A program made the position numbers and the translations under genes. Below are positions 37,245-46,958 of a DNA stretch of 64,000 nt, one piece after another. The stretch spans positions 11,938 through 75,937 of the forward strand of contig CAYQNV010000079.1 of assembly GCA_964418975.1 (NCBI GenBank), given 5' to 3'. The notes under the pieces were generated by a model. That model ran no database searches. It had not been told where the DNA came from and worked only from the letters and a program-made list of their open reading frames with translations. Within the stretch, counting starts at the first letter, position 1; each line of letters begins with the position of its first letter. This stretch comes from an uncultured bacterium. GTDB lineage: Bacteria; Eisenbacteria; RBG-16-71-46.

Positions 37245-39722
37245 TCAGTCGTCGTCGTCCTTGCGGCCCTCGGCCGCCATCCGCGCGCTGAACACTCCGC
37301 GCACCATGGGCGGGGGCGGCGCAAGGGGGCCGCGCGCGTTGTACCACAGGATCTCGTTGACCTCGTCGGGTGGCACGACGTCCGCGACTCGCCAGTTCAT
37401 CCGGTCGGAGCGCTCCTGCCCATAGGCGCCTGCCATGTTCATCTCGTCCAGGTCCATCTGCGCCGGCCGATACTTGTAGGGCGTGAGATCGACCCGGCTC
37501 GTGAACGACTCGAACATCGGCGTGGCGCCGGCGTCGAACTGCGACATCGGCTGGAGTCCGAGGATCAGTTCGATCGTGCGCAGCATGCCGGCGTTCGTGT
37601 AAAGCTGGCTGTCCACCGCGCCGCGCTTCGCCCACGGGCTCGCGACCAGCGCGACCGTGCGGTGCGCGTCCACGTGGTCGGGGCCGTTGGCCGCGTCGTC
37701 CTCGATCACGAATATGGCGCACTCGGGCCAGTACCGACTGCGGCTGATGCGGTCGACCATCATGCCGAGGGCCAGGTCATTCTCGGCAACGTAGGCGCGT
37801 GGCGTGCGGCGCCCTGAACAGGTGCCCGACGTGTGGTCGTTCGGCAGCCGGATGATCGACAGCCGCGGCAAGCCCCCGTCGCGGTCGTAGCGGTCGAACT
37901 CCTCGAGCCACGCCTGATAGCGGTCGAGATCCGAGTACTCGGTGTCGTAGCCGCGGTAGCGTGGCGCGACGTGACCGACCAGGCCCTCGATCGCGGCGAC
38001 GACCGTGTCGCGCGGATCCTCTGGATTGAACACGAACTCGCCGTAGCTCCTATAGCTCACGCCCGCCCGCGCGCATGCGTCCCACAGATAGCCGCCGCTC
38101 GGGTAAGCGAGCGGGTTGCCGCCCTCGTAGTCGTAGATCGGGCTCGTGCCAACGGACTTGGTGACGTAATCGGTCGAATAGGCCGCCATGCCCCAGTTGT
38201 GTCCGTCCGCACTGCCGTCGGCTTCGCAGTAGGTATTGTCGAGGAGCACGAACTCGTTTGCGATTGCGTGATGATTGGGCGTGACCGGCTCACCGAACAG
38301 GCACAGCGACGCGTCCCCATTGCCTTTCGCCATGTCGCCCATGACCTGATCGTACGATCGGTTCTCCTTGAATATGTAGAACACGTACCGGATCGGCGTC
38401 GGCCGACCCGGCTTCGCCGGGATCGGCGAACCCTTGGGCGGTCGCACATTCCCGCCCACCGGCGCAGGCATGTTCGCGAGCACGCGCCGCGAGCCGCGCG
38501 CGAGGTCTTGCGGGCTCGGCGCAGCGAGGATCGAGAGCGCACCGCGATCGTGGAGGCGGTACGACAGGTAGCGGCAGAAGTCCCCGGTGTCGGGCGGTGC
38601 CACGTTCGAGGGTGACGAACCGGTGCCCTTGCCGTTCGCCACCACGATCACGCCGCTGGCCGAATCGACCTGCACCGCGGTGGGATACCAGCCCACGGGC
38701 AAGAAGCCCAGGGGCCGGCTGTGCCAGGGCTTGCCCACGTCGAACAGCGCGAGGCAGTTGTTGTCGGCATTGGCCACCACCAGTCGCCGCCCCTCGCGGT
38801 CGAGCGCGACGGCGTTCGGCGTGCTGCCCGTGGGAGCGCGGGAGTCGATCGACGTCGTGAGCGTCTCCCGCGTGCGCCCGAGCGCCACGTCCACGACGGA
38901 GACGGTGTTCAGGTTGGCGTTCGCCACGAACAGCCGGCTCCCGTCCGGGCTCTCGACCAGGTCGCAGGGATGGTCGCCGACAGCGATCGTGCGCTCGACG
39001 GTTCCACGTTCCGGATCGACAACGGCGACCGATGCGGCGCTCCACAGGCTCACGTACACGCGAGCGCCACCGCGCGCGACGCGGCAGGTGTACGGCACCG
39101 CGCGGAGCGGCACGCGGCGGAGCACCGCGCGCGACTTGAGATCCACGACGTACAACGCCGAGTCGAGCCGCGTCACGACATACAACCGACCGAGCGAGTC
39201 GTCAACCGCTAATCCGGTGGGCCAGATCGCTCCGGCTCCGTAGTCGATCGTCCGGCCCTGCGGATACTGCCCGCCGGCCGACCACGGCGGCCCCAGCGAG
39301 ATCGAGTCGGCGAGGCTCGCTCGGCCGCTTGCGAAGTCGTACAGGTAGACGCGGTTGTTGAGCCCACCCGCGGCAGCGATGCGCCGACCGTCGTCCACGA
39401 ACGTCACGCCGAGCCAAGTGCCCGCGATCGGCACGCTCTGCACCCGCCGGGCGGTGCCGAGGTCGACGATGGCCAGGCCCGCGCCTCGCTCCCCACTGCA
39501 GCTCGCGACCGCAAATCTCCCATCCGGGCTCAGGCAGAGCCCGAGCGGAAAATCTCCCGTCTCCGCGGTGCGACCTCCGGGGGTCAGCAGCCACCCGGTC
39601 GGAAGGCGCGTGCCGCCTCCGGGCAGACGGCCGGGCCACTCGGGAGCGGAGAGCGCGATCGTCGCGAGAGCGAACGGCGCGACGAGCGCGAACGCGAGAA
39701 CGACGAGGAGTCGGTTCCTCAT
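37245..39722 (-). CDS. Secreted YVTN-type beta-propeller fused to a phosphoesterase (phospholipase C/acid phosphatase PF04185-like) domain
   Basis: AGGAAAGG RBS. Signal peptide. Repeated ...VYV.....SVVD... propeller blades. C-terminal half has YVFYIFKENRSYDQVMGDM and ENDLALGMMVDRISRSRYWPECAIFVIEDDAANGPDHVDAHRTVALVASPW, typical of phosphoesterase-family enzymes. Confidence 0.7.
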   Translation of the reverse strand: MRNRLLVVLAFALVAPFALATIALSAPEWPGRLPGGGTRLPTGWLLTPGGRTAETGDFPLGLCLSPDGRFAVASCSGERGAGLAIVDLGTARRVQSVPIAGTWLGVTFVDDGRRIAAAGGLNNRVYLYDFASGRASLADSISLGPPWSAGGQYPQGRTIDYGAGAIWPTGLAVDDSLGRLYVVTRLDSALYVVDLKSRAVLRRVPLRAVPYTCRVARGGARVYVSLWSAASVAVVDPERGTVERTIAVGDHPCDLVESPDGSRLFVANANLNTVSVVDVALGRTRETLTTSIDSRAPTGSTPNAVALDREGRRLVVANADNNCLALFDVGKPWHSRPLGFLPVGWYPTAVQVDSASGVIVVANGKGTGSSPSNVAPPDTGDFCRYLSYRLHDRGALSILAAPSPQDLARGSRRVLANMPAPVGGNVRPPKGSPIPAKPGRPTPIRYVFYIFKENRSYDQVMGDMAKGNGDASLCLFGEPVTPNHHAIANEFVLLDNTYCEADGSADGHNWGMAAYSTDYVTKSVGTSPIYDYEGGNPLAYPSGGYLWDACARAGVSYRSYGEFVFNPEDPRDTVVAAIEGLVGHVAPRYRGYDTEYSDLDRYQAWLEEFDRYDRDGGLPRLSIIRLPNDHTSGTCSGRRTPRAYVAENDLALGMMVDRISRSRYWPECAIFVIEDDAANGPDHVDAHRTVALVASPWAKRGAVDSQLYTNAGMLRTIELILGLQPMSQFDAGATPMFESFTSRVDLTPYKYRPAQMDLDEMNMAGAYGQERSDRMNWRVADVVPPDEVNEILWYNARGPLAPPPPMVRGVFSARMAAEGRKDDDD

Positions 39723-39939
39723 TTCGAGTGCACCTTTCCTTGCGGGAGTCCGAAGCACGATCGGTTGGCCGCACTGAAGAAGCGGCCGGCCGATCTTGTC
39801 ACCATAGGCTACGCCGCACCGCCCGACGCGGCCATCCCTGCTACTAGGCATAACACCGGCCTCGTATTGCCGGTCTTCCTCGGCACTCGTGCGGGAGTCC
39901 TTGACATGGCCCCACCGCGCACGGAATCCTCGGTCCGTC

Positions 39940-40227
39940 ATGAACCGAACCTCGACCATCACGCTTCACGTTCCGGGCTTGTTGCGCGATTGCTGCGCGG
40001 GTGCCCGGGCGCTCGAGCTGGCGGCTCCGAGCGTGCGCGCCGCGCTCGACGAACTCGAACGGGGTTACCCATTGCTGCACAGGAGCATCTGCGATGAAAC
40101 AGGCGCGGTTCGTCGCCATGTGGGCTTGTTCGTGAATGTGTCTCACATTCGCGACCTTGACGGACTCGATACGGCGCTGGTGCCCGGTGACGAAGTGATG
40201 ATCGTGCCTGCGGTGTCAGGAGGTTGA
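39940..40227 (+). CDS. MoaD/ThiS-family ubiquitin-like small protein ending in Gly-Gly
   Basis: 95 aa, beta-grasp-like. C-terminal …PGDEVMIVPAVSGG* is the canonical MoaD/ThiS ending. Its stop overlaps the RBS/start region of the next gene. Confidence 0.65.
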   Translation: MNRTSTITLHVPGLLRDCCAGARALELAAPSVRAALDELERGYPLLHRSICDETGAVRRHVGLFVNVSHIRDLDGLDTALVPGDEVMIVPAVSGG

Positions 40228-40229
40228 TC

Positions 40230-41342
40230 ATGCCAGAGCGACTGATACTCACCATCGGTACAAAGAAGGGCCTGTTCGTCGCCGAAGCATCGAAGGCGCG
40301 TGAGAAGTTCGCGCTGCGCGGGCCGTTCGGCGAGGGAGTTGGCGTGTACGCGGCGCTGGTCGACACGCGCGGCACGCCACGAATCTACGCCTCGAGCTGT
40401 AACCCCTTCTTCGGCATGAAAGTCCTACGATCGACCGATCTCGGCAATACCTTCAAGCCGACTGAGTCCGCTCCGGCCTTCTCGAAGGACGACGGCCGGG
40501 CGCTCGCCAACATCTGGTCGCTCGAGGTCGGCGCGGGCGATGAGGACCTGCTGTGCGGTGTCGAGCCGGCCTCGTTATTCCGCAGCGGCGATGGGGGTGA
40601 CAGGTGGGAGATGGTCGCCAGCATCAGCAATCATGAGCATGCGAGCAAGTGGCAGCCCGGCAACGGCGGGCTCTGCATGCACACCATCTTTCGTGACGGC
40701 GATCGCGTGCACCTCGGCATCTCCACGGGTGGGCACTACCTGAGCGAGGACGGCGGCTCGACGTTTCGGGCAGCGAACACCGGCGTCGGCGCCGGCTTTG
40801 CACCCGACCCCTATCCAGAGTACGGCCAGTGTGTGCACAAGATCGTGGGTCACCCCGACGCACCCGGCCGGCTCTACATGCAGAACCACGGAGGTTGGGC
40901 CAACTGGGATGGGCCGGGGGGGCCGCGGCCGGACATCGGTGTGCTGCGCAGCGACGACCACGGCCACACATGGAGGTCGATCGCGAAGGGGTTGCCGTCC
41001 GATTTCGGCTTTCCGATCGTCGTGCATCCGCACGATGCCGAAACGGCTTACGTGCTGCCGCTCGAACCCATGACTCGCACGTGCCCTGACGGCGCACCCG
41101 CAGTGTGGCGCACCGAGAATGGCGGCGATTCTTGGAATCGACTCTCCCTCGGATTTCCGAAGAAGGACAGCTTCTTCACCGTGCTTCGCGACGCGATGGA
41201 CATCGACAAGCTCAAGTCGCCCGCGCTCTACTTCGGCACCACGACCGGGCAGCTCTGGATCGGCCGGGACGGCGGTGAGGAGTGGAGCTGTCTGTTCGAC
41301 TCGCTCCCGCCGATTCACTGCGTCAAGGTCGCTGTGGTCTGA
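40230..41342 (+). CDS. BNR/Asp-box repeat protein (sialidase/Ycf48-like beta-propeller)
   Basis: AGGAGG six nt upstream of the ATG at 40230. Four Asp-box motifs (SGDGGDRW, SEDGGSTF, SDDHGHTW, TENGGDSW). Confidence 0.7.
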   Translation: MPERLILTIGTKKGLFVAEASKAREKFALRGPFGEGVGVYAALVDTRGTPRIYASSCNPFFGMKVLRSTDLGNTFKPTESAPAFSKDDGRALANIWSLEVGAGDEDLLCGVEPASLFRSGDGGDRWEMVASISNHEHASKWQPGNGGLCMHTIFRDGDRVHLGISTGGHYLSEDGGSTFRAANTGVGAGFAPDPYPEYGQCVHKIVGHPDAPGRLYMQNHGGWANWDGPGGPRPDIGVLRSDDHGHTWRSIAKGLPSDFGFPIVVHPHDAETAYVLPLEPMTRTCPDGAPAVWRTENGGDSWNRLSLGFPKKDSFFTVLRDAMDIDKLKSPALYFGTTTGQLWIGRDGGEEWSCLFDSLPPIHCVKVAVV

Positions 41343-41462
41343 AGCGACGCGCGGAGAGGCGAGCAGGTTGGCGTCCCCAACGGGATTCGAATCGGTTCCT
41401 CAGCGCGCCACGCGGGCACGGCGTGAGTGATTGCGCAGGTCCGCGTTGGGTCCCGCGCCACG

Positions 41463-43151
41463 TCAGGGCCGCGCCGACCTGAGCAGCGCGCTGAGCGACT
41501 TCCCGAGCCTTGGGTGCGCGTCGAACGCGCGCACGAACGCGTCCTCGCGCCGACCGCCCTTGGCGCGGATCACGCCGATGAGCGCGGCACGGTCGGCAGC
41601 GGCCCAGCGCGACACGCCCGGCAACAGCGTCACGATCGGCGCCCAGCGCGACCATGCGTGGCGCTCGGCGATGCTCCAGCCCGCGAGCGAACGCACTCCC
41701 AGGCGCGAGGCGGCGGTGCGTTCACACGCGGCCGCGGCCTGCACGCGATTCCCCCCGAAGCGTGAAGTGATAAGCCGGGTCACCGCGAGGCCTGCCGATG
41801 CCAGAGGCAGCTCGCCGATGATGTCGCGTCGCGGCGGGCCGCTCGACCAGTAGAGATTCTCGCGCGCGAGCCGGCGTAGGATCACGGGGGTGGAGCGATG
41901 GCCGGGGGTGCTCGCCATACGAGCCAGCTCACGCCGCATGAGGGCACGGGTCGAGCGCGCGCGAGGGCGAAAACCCAGCTTCTGATAGAACCACCACGCG
42001 CCCGACTCGATGGCTTCGTCGTTCCCCTCGCCCAGTTGGTAGGGGAAGATGGTGAACGTGTCGGTGCCGAACAGCGCGCGCGTCATGCCGAGGGCTTTTC
42101 CATACACCGGACCGGCCTCGGCGCCACGGAACGTGTCGAACACGTTGAACGCGATCTCGGCGGACCGGTAAAGCGCGCTGGTGAGCACATACCCGACCGG
42201 CACTCCGTTCTTGAGCGTCAGAAAGCCGTACACGCTCTCGAACAGCAGCCGGCGTTCGGGGAGCGCGCCGATCATCAGGAACTCGAGGCCGTCGCCGCAG
42301 TCCACGCGCCGCACGTCACGCGCATCACCCCAGGCGAACACATCGAGGTCGCGACTGCGCGTGACCATGCACTCCATGGCCAGCGTGAGCGCTCGCTCCC
42401 CCTCGCGCGCGGAGAGCGGGCGGATCGAGCGAGGCGCGCGTTCCACGACCCGCGCCAGGTCGGGGCGGCCGTCGAACGGGCCGCCCTGGAAGTGCACGCG
42501 TCGCACCGGCCAGCGCGCATGCGTGCGTGACGGCGTCGTGGCGTCGCCGCGCAGCCGGTACGCCATGCCGAGCCCGTCGTGCACGCGCTCGAACACCGTG
42601 TCGTCTGCGAGGCGTTCCGAAAGTCGCCGCGCCACAAACGCTCCGGGGGCCTCGCCACGGCCGGCGAGGAGCTTGAGCCAGCCCTCGAGCCCGTAGTCGA
42701 GCTCATCGAGTCCCGGCACTTCGGCGTCGTGCGCGAGCTGCGGCAGCCACGCCTCCAGCGCGTCGGGCGACTCCAGAGCCTGCCAGTCGATCTCCAAACG
42801 ATTCGGCCAGCGCGCCGCCAGGCGTCGCACGGTCGGAGCGAAGAACCCGAACCGGATGTCACAGCCCGCGACGCCGGAGTCCACGAGCACCGCCGCGTGC
42901 CGGCGCACGTCGGGCCTGCGCCCGAAGCTCGCGAGCGCACGGGTCACGAGCGCCAGCGTGGCGCGATCATCCGGGTAGGCGCGCGCCGCGAGCAGCGCTT
43001 CATGTAGCCGCTCGACCTGCCCCACCGTGGCGAGTCGCGTGCGGAGCAGGCTTCGGAATGTGCCGCGCCGCTGACGCGCCGCGGCGGGCCCGAATTCCCA
43101 TCTCAGCGAATCGAGGCGCGCCAGATCGCGCGAGATCCGGCCGATCGCCAT
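41463..43151 (-). CDS. Hypothetical 562-aa protein with a GNAT-like segment
   Basis: Protein-like composition. IFPYQLGEGNDEAIESGAWWFYQKLGFRP resembles the C-terminal beta-strand/helix of GNAT/FemAB-like folds. Last gene of an apparent three-gene operon with the S9 peptidase. Confidence 0.5.
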   Translation of the reverse strand: MAIGRISRDLARLDSLRWEFGPAAARQRRGTFRSLLRTRLATVGQVERLHEALLAARAYPDDRATLALVTRALASFGRRPDVRRHAAVLVDSGVAGCDIRFGFFAPTVRRLAARWPNRLEIDWQALESPDALEAWLPQLAHDAEVPGLDELDYGLEGWLKLLAGRGEAPGAFVARRLSERLADDTVFERVHDGLGMAYRLRGDATTPSRTHARWPVRRVHFQGGPFDGRPDLARVVERAPRSIRPLSAREGERALTLAMECMVTRSRDLDVFAWGDARDVRRVDCGDGLEFLMIGALPERRLLFESVYGFLTLKNGVPVGYVLTSALYRSAEIAFNVFDTFRGAEAGPVYGKALGMTRALFGTDTFTIFPYQLGEGNDEAIESGAWWFYQKLGFRPRARSTRALMRRELARMASTPGHRSTPVILRRLARENLYWSSGPPRRDIIGELPLASAGLAVTRLITSRFGGNRVQAAAACERTAASRLGVRSLAGWSIAERHAWSRWAPIVTLLPGVSRWAAADRAALIGVIRAKGGRREDAFVRAFDAHPRLGKSLSALLRSARP

Positions 43152-43154
43152 GCC

Positions 43155-43418
43155 TCAGGTCCCGGCCGGCATGGTGTCGCCGAGGCTGTCAGGGGGTGCC
43201 TCGACCGGAACCCAGCCCTCGTCCGGAATCAACATGTCGGCGCGGCCCGTGATGCGGTCCACGCGTATGGGCACGATGTTGCCTTCCACCGTCATATGGT
43301 CGTTGCGCCAGCGCGTGGGCCACACCCACGCGGCGAACGCGAGTACCAGCAGCAGGCCAATGAGCGGAGCGAACCAGCGCCGGTCCATGCCGCTCACTTC
43401 ACCCAGCGGTCGAACCAC
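43155..43418 (-). CDS. Small single-TM membrane protein
   Basis: WFAPLIGLLLVLAFAAWVW TM helix. The alternative start at 43388 leaves a 5-nt gap after the peptidase stop. Confidence 0.4.
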   Translation of the reverse strand: MVRPLGEVSGMDRRWFAPLIGLLLVLAFAAWVWPTRWRNDHMTVEGNIVPIRVDRITGRADMLIPDEGWVPVEAPPDSLGDTMPAGT

Positions 43419-45403
43419 GCCGCCTGTCGCGTAAACCAGTCGGCGCGGTGACGCGGCTCGCGCAGCGTGTGCCCCTCGCGTGGATAGTGCACGAACTCCG
43501 TGGGCACTCCGAGGAACTTGAGCGACTGATACGTCTCCTGCGCCTGCGGGTTGGGGATGCGCACGTCGGCCTCGCCGTTCAGCACCAGCGTGGGCGTCTT
43601 AACCCGCTCAATGAACGCGATCGGTGAACTCCGGCGCCACTTGTCGAAGCTCACCCACGGCTCGCCCTCGAACTCGAACGCGCGATAGCGGTGCACGTCG
43701 CTCTGCGCCCAGAGCGCCGCCAGGTCGGGCGCGCCGGCCGAGACCACCGCCGCGTCGTAGCGATGGCTGTGCGTGATCGCCCACAGCGAGAGGTAGCCGC
43801 CGTAGCTGTGACCGAACACGCCGAGCTTCGTGCCATCGGCGAGCCCCCAGCGCACCAGGCTGTCCACGCCTGACTCCACGTCGCGCCAGTCCTGCCCGCC
43901 CCAGTCAGCGCGCTTGCGTAGCATGAACGCGGTGCCGTAGCCGCCGCTCGAGCGGAAGTTCGGCAGGAACACCTGGTAGCCGCGGCCGGCCATGAACTGC
44001 GCCATGGCCTGGAAGCCGACGCCATAGCGCGACTGGTAGGGCCCGCCGTGCAGCAGCACGAGCGTCTTGAGCGATCCGCGTTCGGATGCGCCTGCGGGCC
44101 GCACCAGCACGCCTTCGACCTGCACGCCGTCGTCGCTGGTCCAGCGCAGCGTGCGGACGGTGCCGAACACGCACGCCGCGGCCGCGGCGTGCAAGCGCGA
44201 GACCGCGCGCGGTTCGGCCGCGGCATGGTCGGCCACGTGCACCTCGGCCGGCCGGTCCGCGCGCGACGCCACGAAGCCCACCCGGCCGCCGGGTCCCTCG
44301 ACGAGCGGTCCCGCCGTCTCGCCGCGCAGGTCAGGGCCCAGCGTCACGTCACCCCCGGCGCGTGGCACCGACGCCACGCGCGTCGAGGTGCCTTGCGTGC
44401 TCAGGAAGAACAGCGTGTCGGAGCTAGTGTTCCACACGGGTGGAGACGCGGACTCGTCGAAATCGGCAGTCAGGCGCGTCGCCCGCCCGCCGGCGGGGGG
44501 CATCAGCCACAACTCGGTTTTTTCGACGTGCTTCGCTCGGTCGGTCCCGCCCGCCCAGGCAAGCCAGCGGCCGTCGGGCGACCATGCCGGGCCGGCGTCG
44601 GACATCACGTCGAGCTTTCGCACCGCACCTCCGGCCGCGGGCACGATTGCCAGGTCCCGGAAGTTCCCGTCGTCCACCGCGCCGGTTGGGCTCCACACGA
44701 ACGCGATCGACTTCGAGTCCGGTGACCAGCGTGGATCGGCCACCATGAATGTGCCCGATGTGAGTCGGTGGTGCTTCCCGGAAGCCACATCCAACACCCA
44801 CAGGTGGTTGTATTGCGGGATCGCGTCCTCCACCACGTGGTCCCATTTCTTCTTGCGCCAGGCCTTCACCTGCCCGGACAGCGTGTCGAGCAATGTGAAC
44901 GCGAGCGAGCGCCCGTCCGGCGACCAGCGCATCTCGCCGACGGATTCGGCGAACGTGGCGAGCTTCCACGGCTCGCCACCGCGCAGCGGCAATAGCCAGA
45001 TCGAGGGCTTGCCCTCGTCGCTGTCGCGCGCCGAAAGAAATGCCAGCGTGTCGCCGCCGGGCGAGAACTGCGGGGCATAGTCGTTCTTGGCGTGCCGCGT
45101 GAGCGCGCGACAACTGTCGGTCGCCGCCTCCCACACCCAGACATCCTGGTTCGTGGTGCTCTCGGCGGTGTCGGGCGCATTCACCGTGAACGCGAGTCGC
45201 GCGCCGTCACGCGACCACGTCAAGCCCTGCACCTGCTTCAGCGTGAGCGCATGCTCCAGCGAGAACGTGCGTGAAGCGGAAGGCTTGGGAGCCGCGCGGC
45301 TACGCGTGGGTGCCGCGTGGGCCGCGAGCGGAGCGCCGATTCCGAGCAGGATCGCGACGAGCCGTGCCGTGGCCACGGCGGTCGAGCGGCGGCGAACGTG
45401 CAT
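43394..45403 (-). CDS. S9-family serine peptidase (prolyl oligopeptidase / acylaminoacyl-peptidase type) with N-terminal beta-propeller
   Basis: Signal peptide. WSPDG-type propeller repeats. Catalytic GHSYGGYLSLWAI (GxSxGG), with downstream D and H in …VLNGEADVRIP… and …PREGHTL…. Confidence 0.85.
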   Translation of the reverse strand: MHVRRRSTAVATARLVAILLGIGAPLAAHAAPTRSRAAPKPSASRTFSLEHALTLKQVQGLTWSRDGARLAFTVNAPDTAESTTNQDVWVWEAATDSCRALTRHAKNDYAPQFSPGGDTLAFLSARDSDEGKPSIWLLPLRGGEPWKLATFAESVGEMRWSPDGRSLAFTLLDTLSGQVKAWRKKKWDHVVEDAIPQYNHLWVLDVASGKHHRLTSGTFMVADPRWSPDSKSIAFVWSPTGAVDDGNFRDLAIVPAAGGAVRKLDVMSDAGPAWSPDGRWLAWAGGTDRAKHVEKTELWLMPPAGGRATRLTADFDESASPPVWNTSSDTLFFLSTQGTSTRVASVPRAGGDVTLGPDLRGETAGPLVEGPGGRVGFVASRADRPAEVHVADHAAAEPRAVSRLHAAAAACVFGTVRTLRWTSDDGVQVEGVLVRPAGASERGSLKTLVLLHGGPYQSRYGVGFQAMAQFMAGRGYQVFLPNFRSSGGYGTAFMLRKRADWGGQDWRDVESGVDSLVRWGLADGTKLGVFGHSYGGYLSLWAITHSHRYDAAVVSAGAPDLAALWAQSDVHRYRAFEFEGEPWVSFDKWRRSSPIAFIERVKTPTLVLNGEADVRIPNPQAQETYQSLKFLGVPTEFVHYPREGHTLREPRHRADWFTRQAAWFDRWVK

Positions 45404-45554
45404 GGGAACTCCCGGGAAGGAGAGGGGATGTCCGAGCCGGGGAAGTTAGCAGAACGGGCGCGGTCCCGGCGGCGTACGGCGAAGTGACCGGCGCGATCGA
45501 CGGCGCCGGCGAAACGGGCCGGGCGTCCATGGCGCCCGGCCCGTGTCGGCCGCC

Positions 45555-45926
45555 TCAGCGAGCGGTGCTGTCCGTGGCGGGCTTCACCACGACGCGGTGC
45601 GCTACCGGGTGTCCGGCCTCGTCACGCCAGTACACGGTCACGCGGGCGTCCTTCTCCACATCGCCCGCGGACCGCATGCCGGTGTGACGCGCGAACACCA
45701 TCTGCTTCGGCGCCTTGCCACCCTTCTCCACGGTGATCGTGGAGGCGTCGAGCGCGACCACGGTGCCGGTGAACTGGCGGTAGTTCGAGCTCTTCGCCGT
45801 CGCCGCGACCTGCGCCGCTCGCTTCGGTGCCGCGACGGCGAGGCCGGCGGGCCCAACGAGCGGGGCCGCGAGCACCGCCGCCAGCGCCATCGGCGCGAGC
45901 ATGCGTGCATACATCATGCGTATCAC
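45555..45926 (-). CDS. Small secreted protein, hypothetical
   Basis: Signal peptide MIRMMYARMLAPMALAAVLAAPLVGPAGLAVAAP. 123 aa. Confidence 0.4.
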   Translation of the reverse strand: MIRMMYARMLAPMALAAVLAAPLVGPAGLAVAAPKRAAQVAATAKSSNYRQFTGTVVALDASTITVEKGGKAPKQMVFARHTGMRSAGDVEKDARVTVYWRDEAGHPVAHRVVVKPATDSTAR

Positions 45927-46171
45927 CTCCCCTCGGCTGCTCGGGGGCCGGGGCTCCAGAAGGGTCGCGCGCGACCACGGCGCGCGTCAATCGTGGCGAG
46001 TGTGTCGCCAGCGTGCGCGATCGCGTGAGCGATGCGGACGGTCAGCATGAGACGGCGCCGCGCGGGCGTGCGACTGCCGTGCGAGGGTCACCCACCACAA
46101 CGTGGACAGTTGGCGGGGCCAGCCACCGTGAACGCCGATGGCAGGACGGCGCCATCGGCGCGGGCGTTGCC

Positions 46172-46792
46172 TCAGCGCCCGCGGCGTTCCGACGCCGCGT
46201 TTCGCAGCGCCGGCGGCGCGATCAACTCCCACGCCAGCTCGATGTGAGCGGCCAGGCGCCGGTCGGTGATGCGCGCGAGCTCGATCCCCACCCAGCCGTT
46301 CACTCCCACGTACGGCGGGCGGAAGTACGTGCGCGGGGTCTCCGCGATGAGCGCGGCCTGCACGCCCTCGGGCACGGGCAGCCACACGGCGACGTGGCCG
46401 TCACCGTGATGGTCGTTCGCAAACATCACGAACACCTTCTTCTTCACGAACCAGGTGGGCTCGCCGTGCGACAACCGCTCCGAGGTCTCAGGCTGTGCGA
46501 GGCAGAGCTTGCGCACGCGAGCGAGCGCGGTGACGCGCTTTCGCTCGGCGGTGTAAGCCCACCACGGCTTCGCCGGCGCGCCCTCCATGAAGCGCACCAC
46601 CGACAGGAACACGTCCATGACGCATGGGTCGTGACGCTGGCGCGTCGCTCGGCAGAGCTCCTCGTAGAGCGCGTACGGGTCCTTGCCCACGAGCGCCTGC
46701 GGACGCGAGATGCCGAGCAATTTCAGGTCCCGAGCGGTCGCGGGACCCACGTTCGGGAGTTGTTCGAGCTCGGTGTAGCGCGCGCGATTCAT
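46172..46792 (-). CDS. MmcQ/YjbR-family DNA-binding protein with N-terminal helix-hairpin-helix domain
   Basis: N-terminal HhH ELEQLPNVGPATARDLKLLGI (TfoX-C-like). C-terminal half is YjbR/MmcQ-like. Confidence 0.5.
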   Translation of the reverse strand: MNRARYTELEQLPNVGPATARDLKLLGISRPQALVGKDPYALYEELCRATRQRHDPCVMDVFLSVVRFMEGAPAKPWWAYTAERKRVTALARVRKLCLAQPETSERLSHGEPTWFVKKKVFVMFANDHHGDGHVAVWLPVPEGVQAALIAETPRTYFRPPYVGVNGWVGIELARITDRRLAAHIELAWELIAPPALRNAASERRGR

Positions 46793-46958
46793 GACGGCGC
46801 CGCGCTCGGCGCGATCGAGCGCTGCGAGACGGCGAGCAGCCGCTCACGCACCAGTGCGTATTTGGCGAGTGGGAACGGATGCGTCCCCGGCAGCGGGAAT
46901 ATGATGTGGTCGCTCGCCCACGCCAGAAGCGGGCGCAGTTCCGCCGTCGTTGACGCCC

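Noticed and set aside
41375-41400. GGGATTCGAATCGGTTCC resembling a tRNA T-arm
   Set aside because: The flanking bases cannot form a T-stem or acceptor stem on either strand. No cloverleaf can be drawn.
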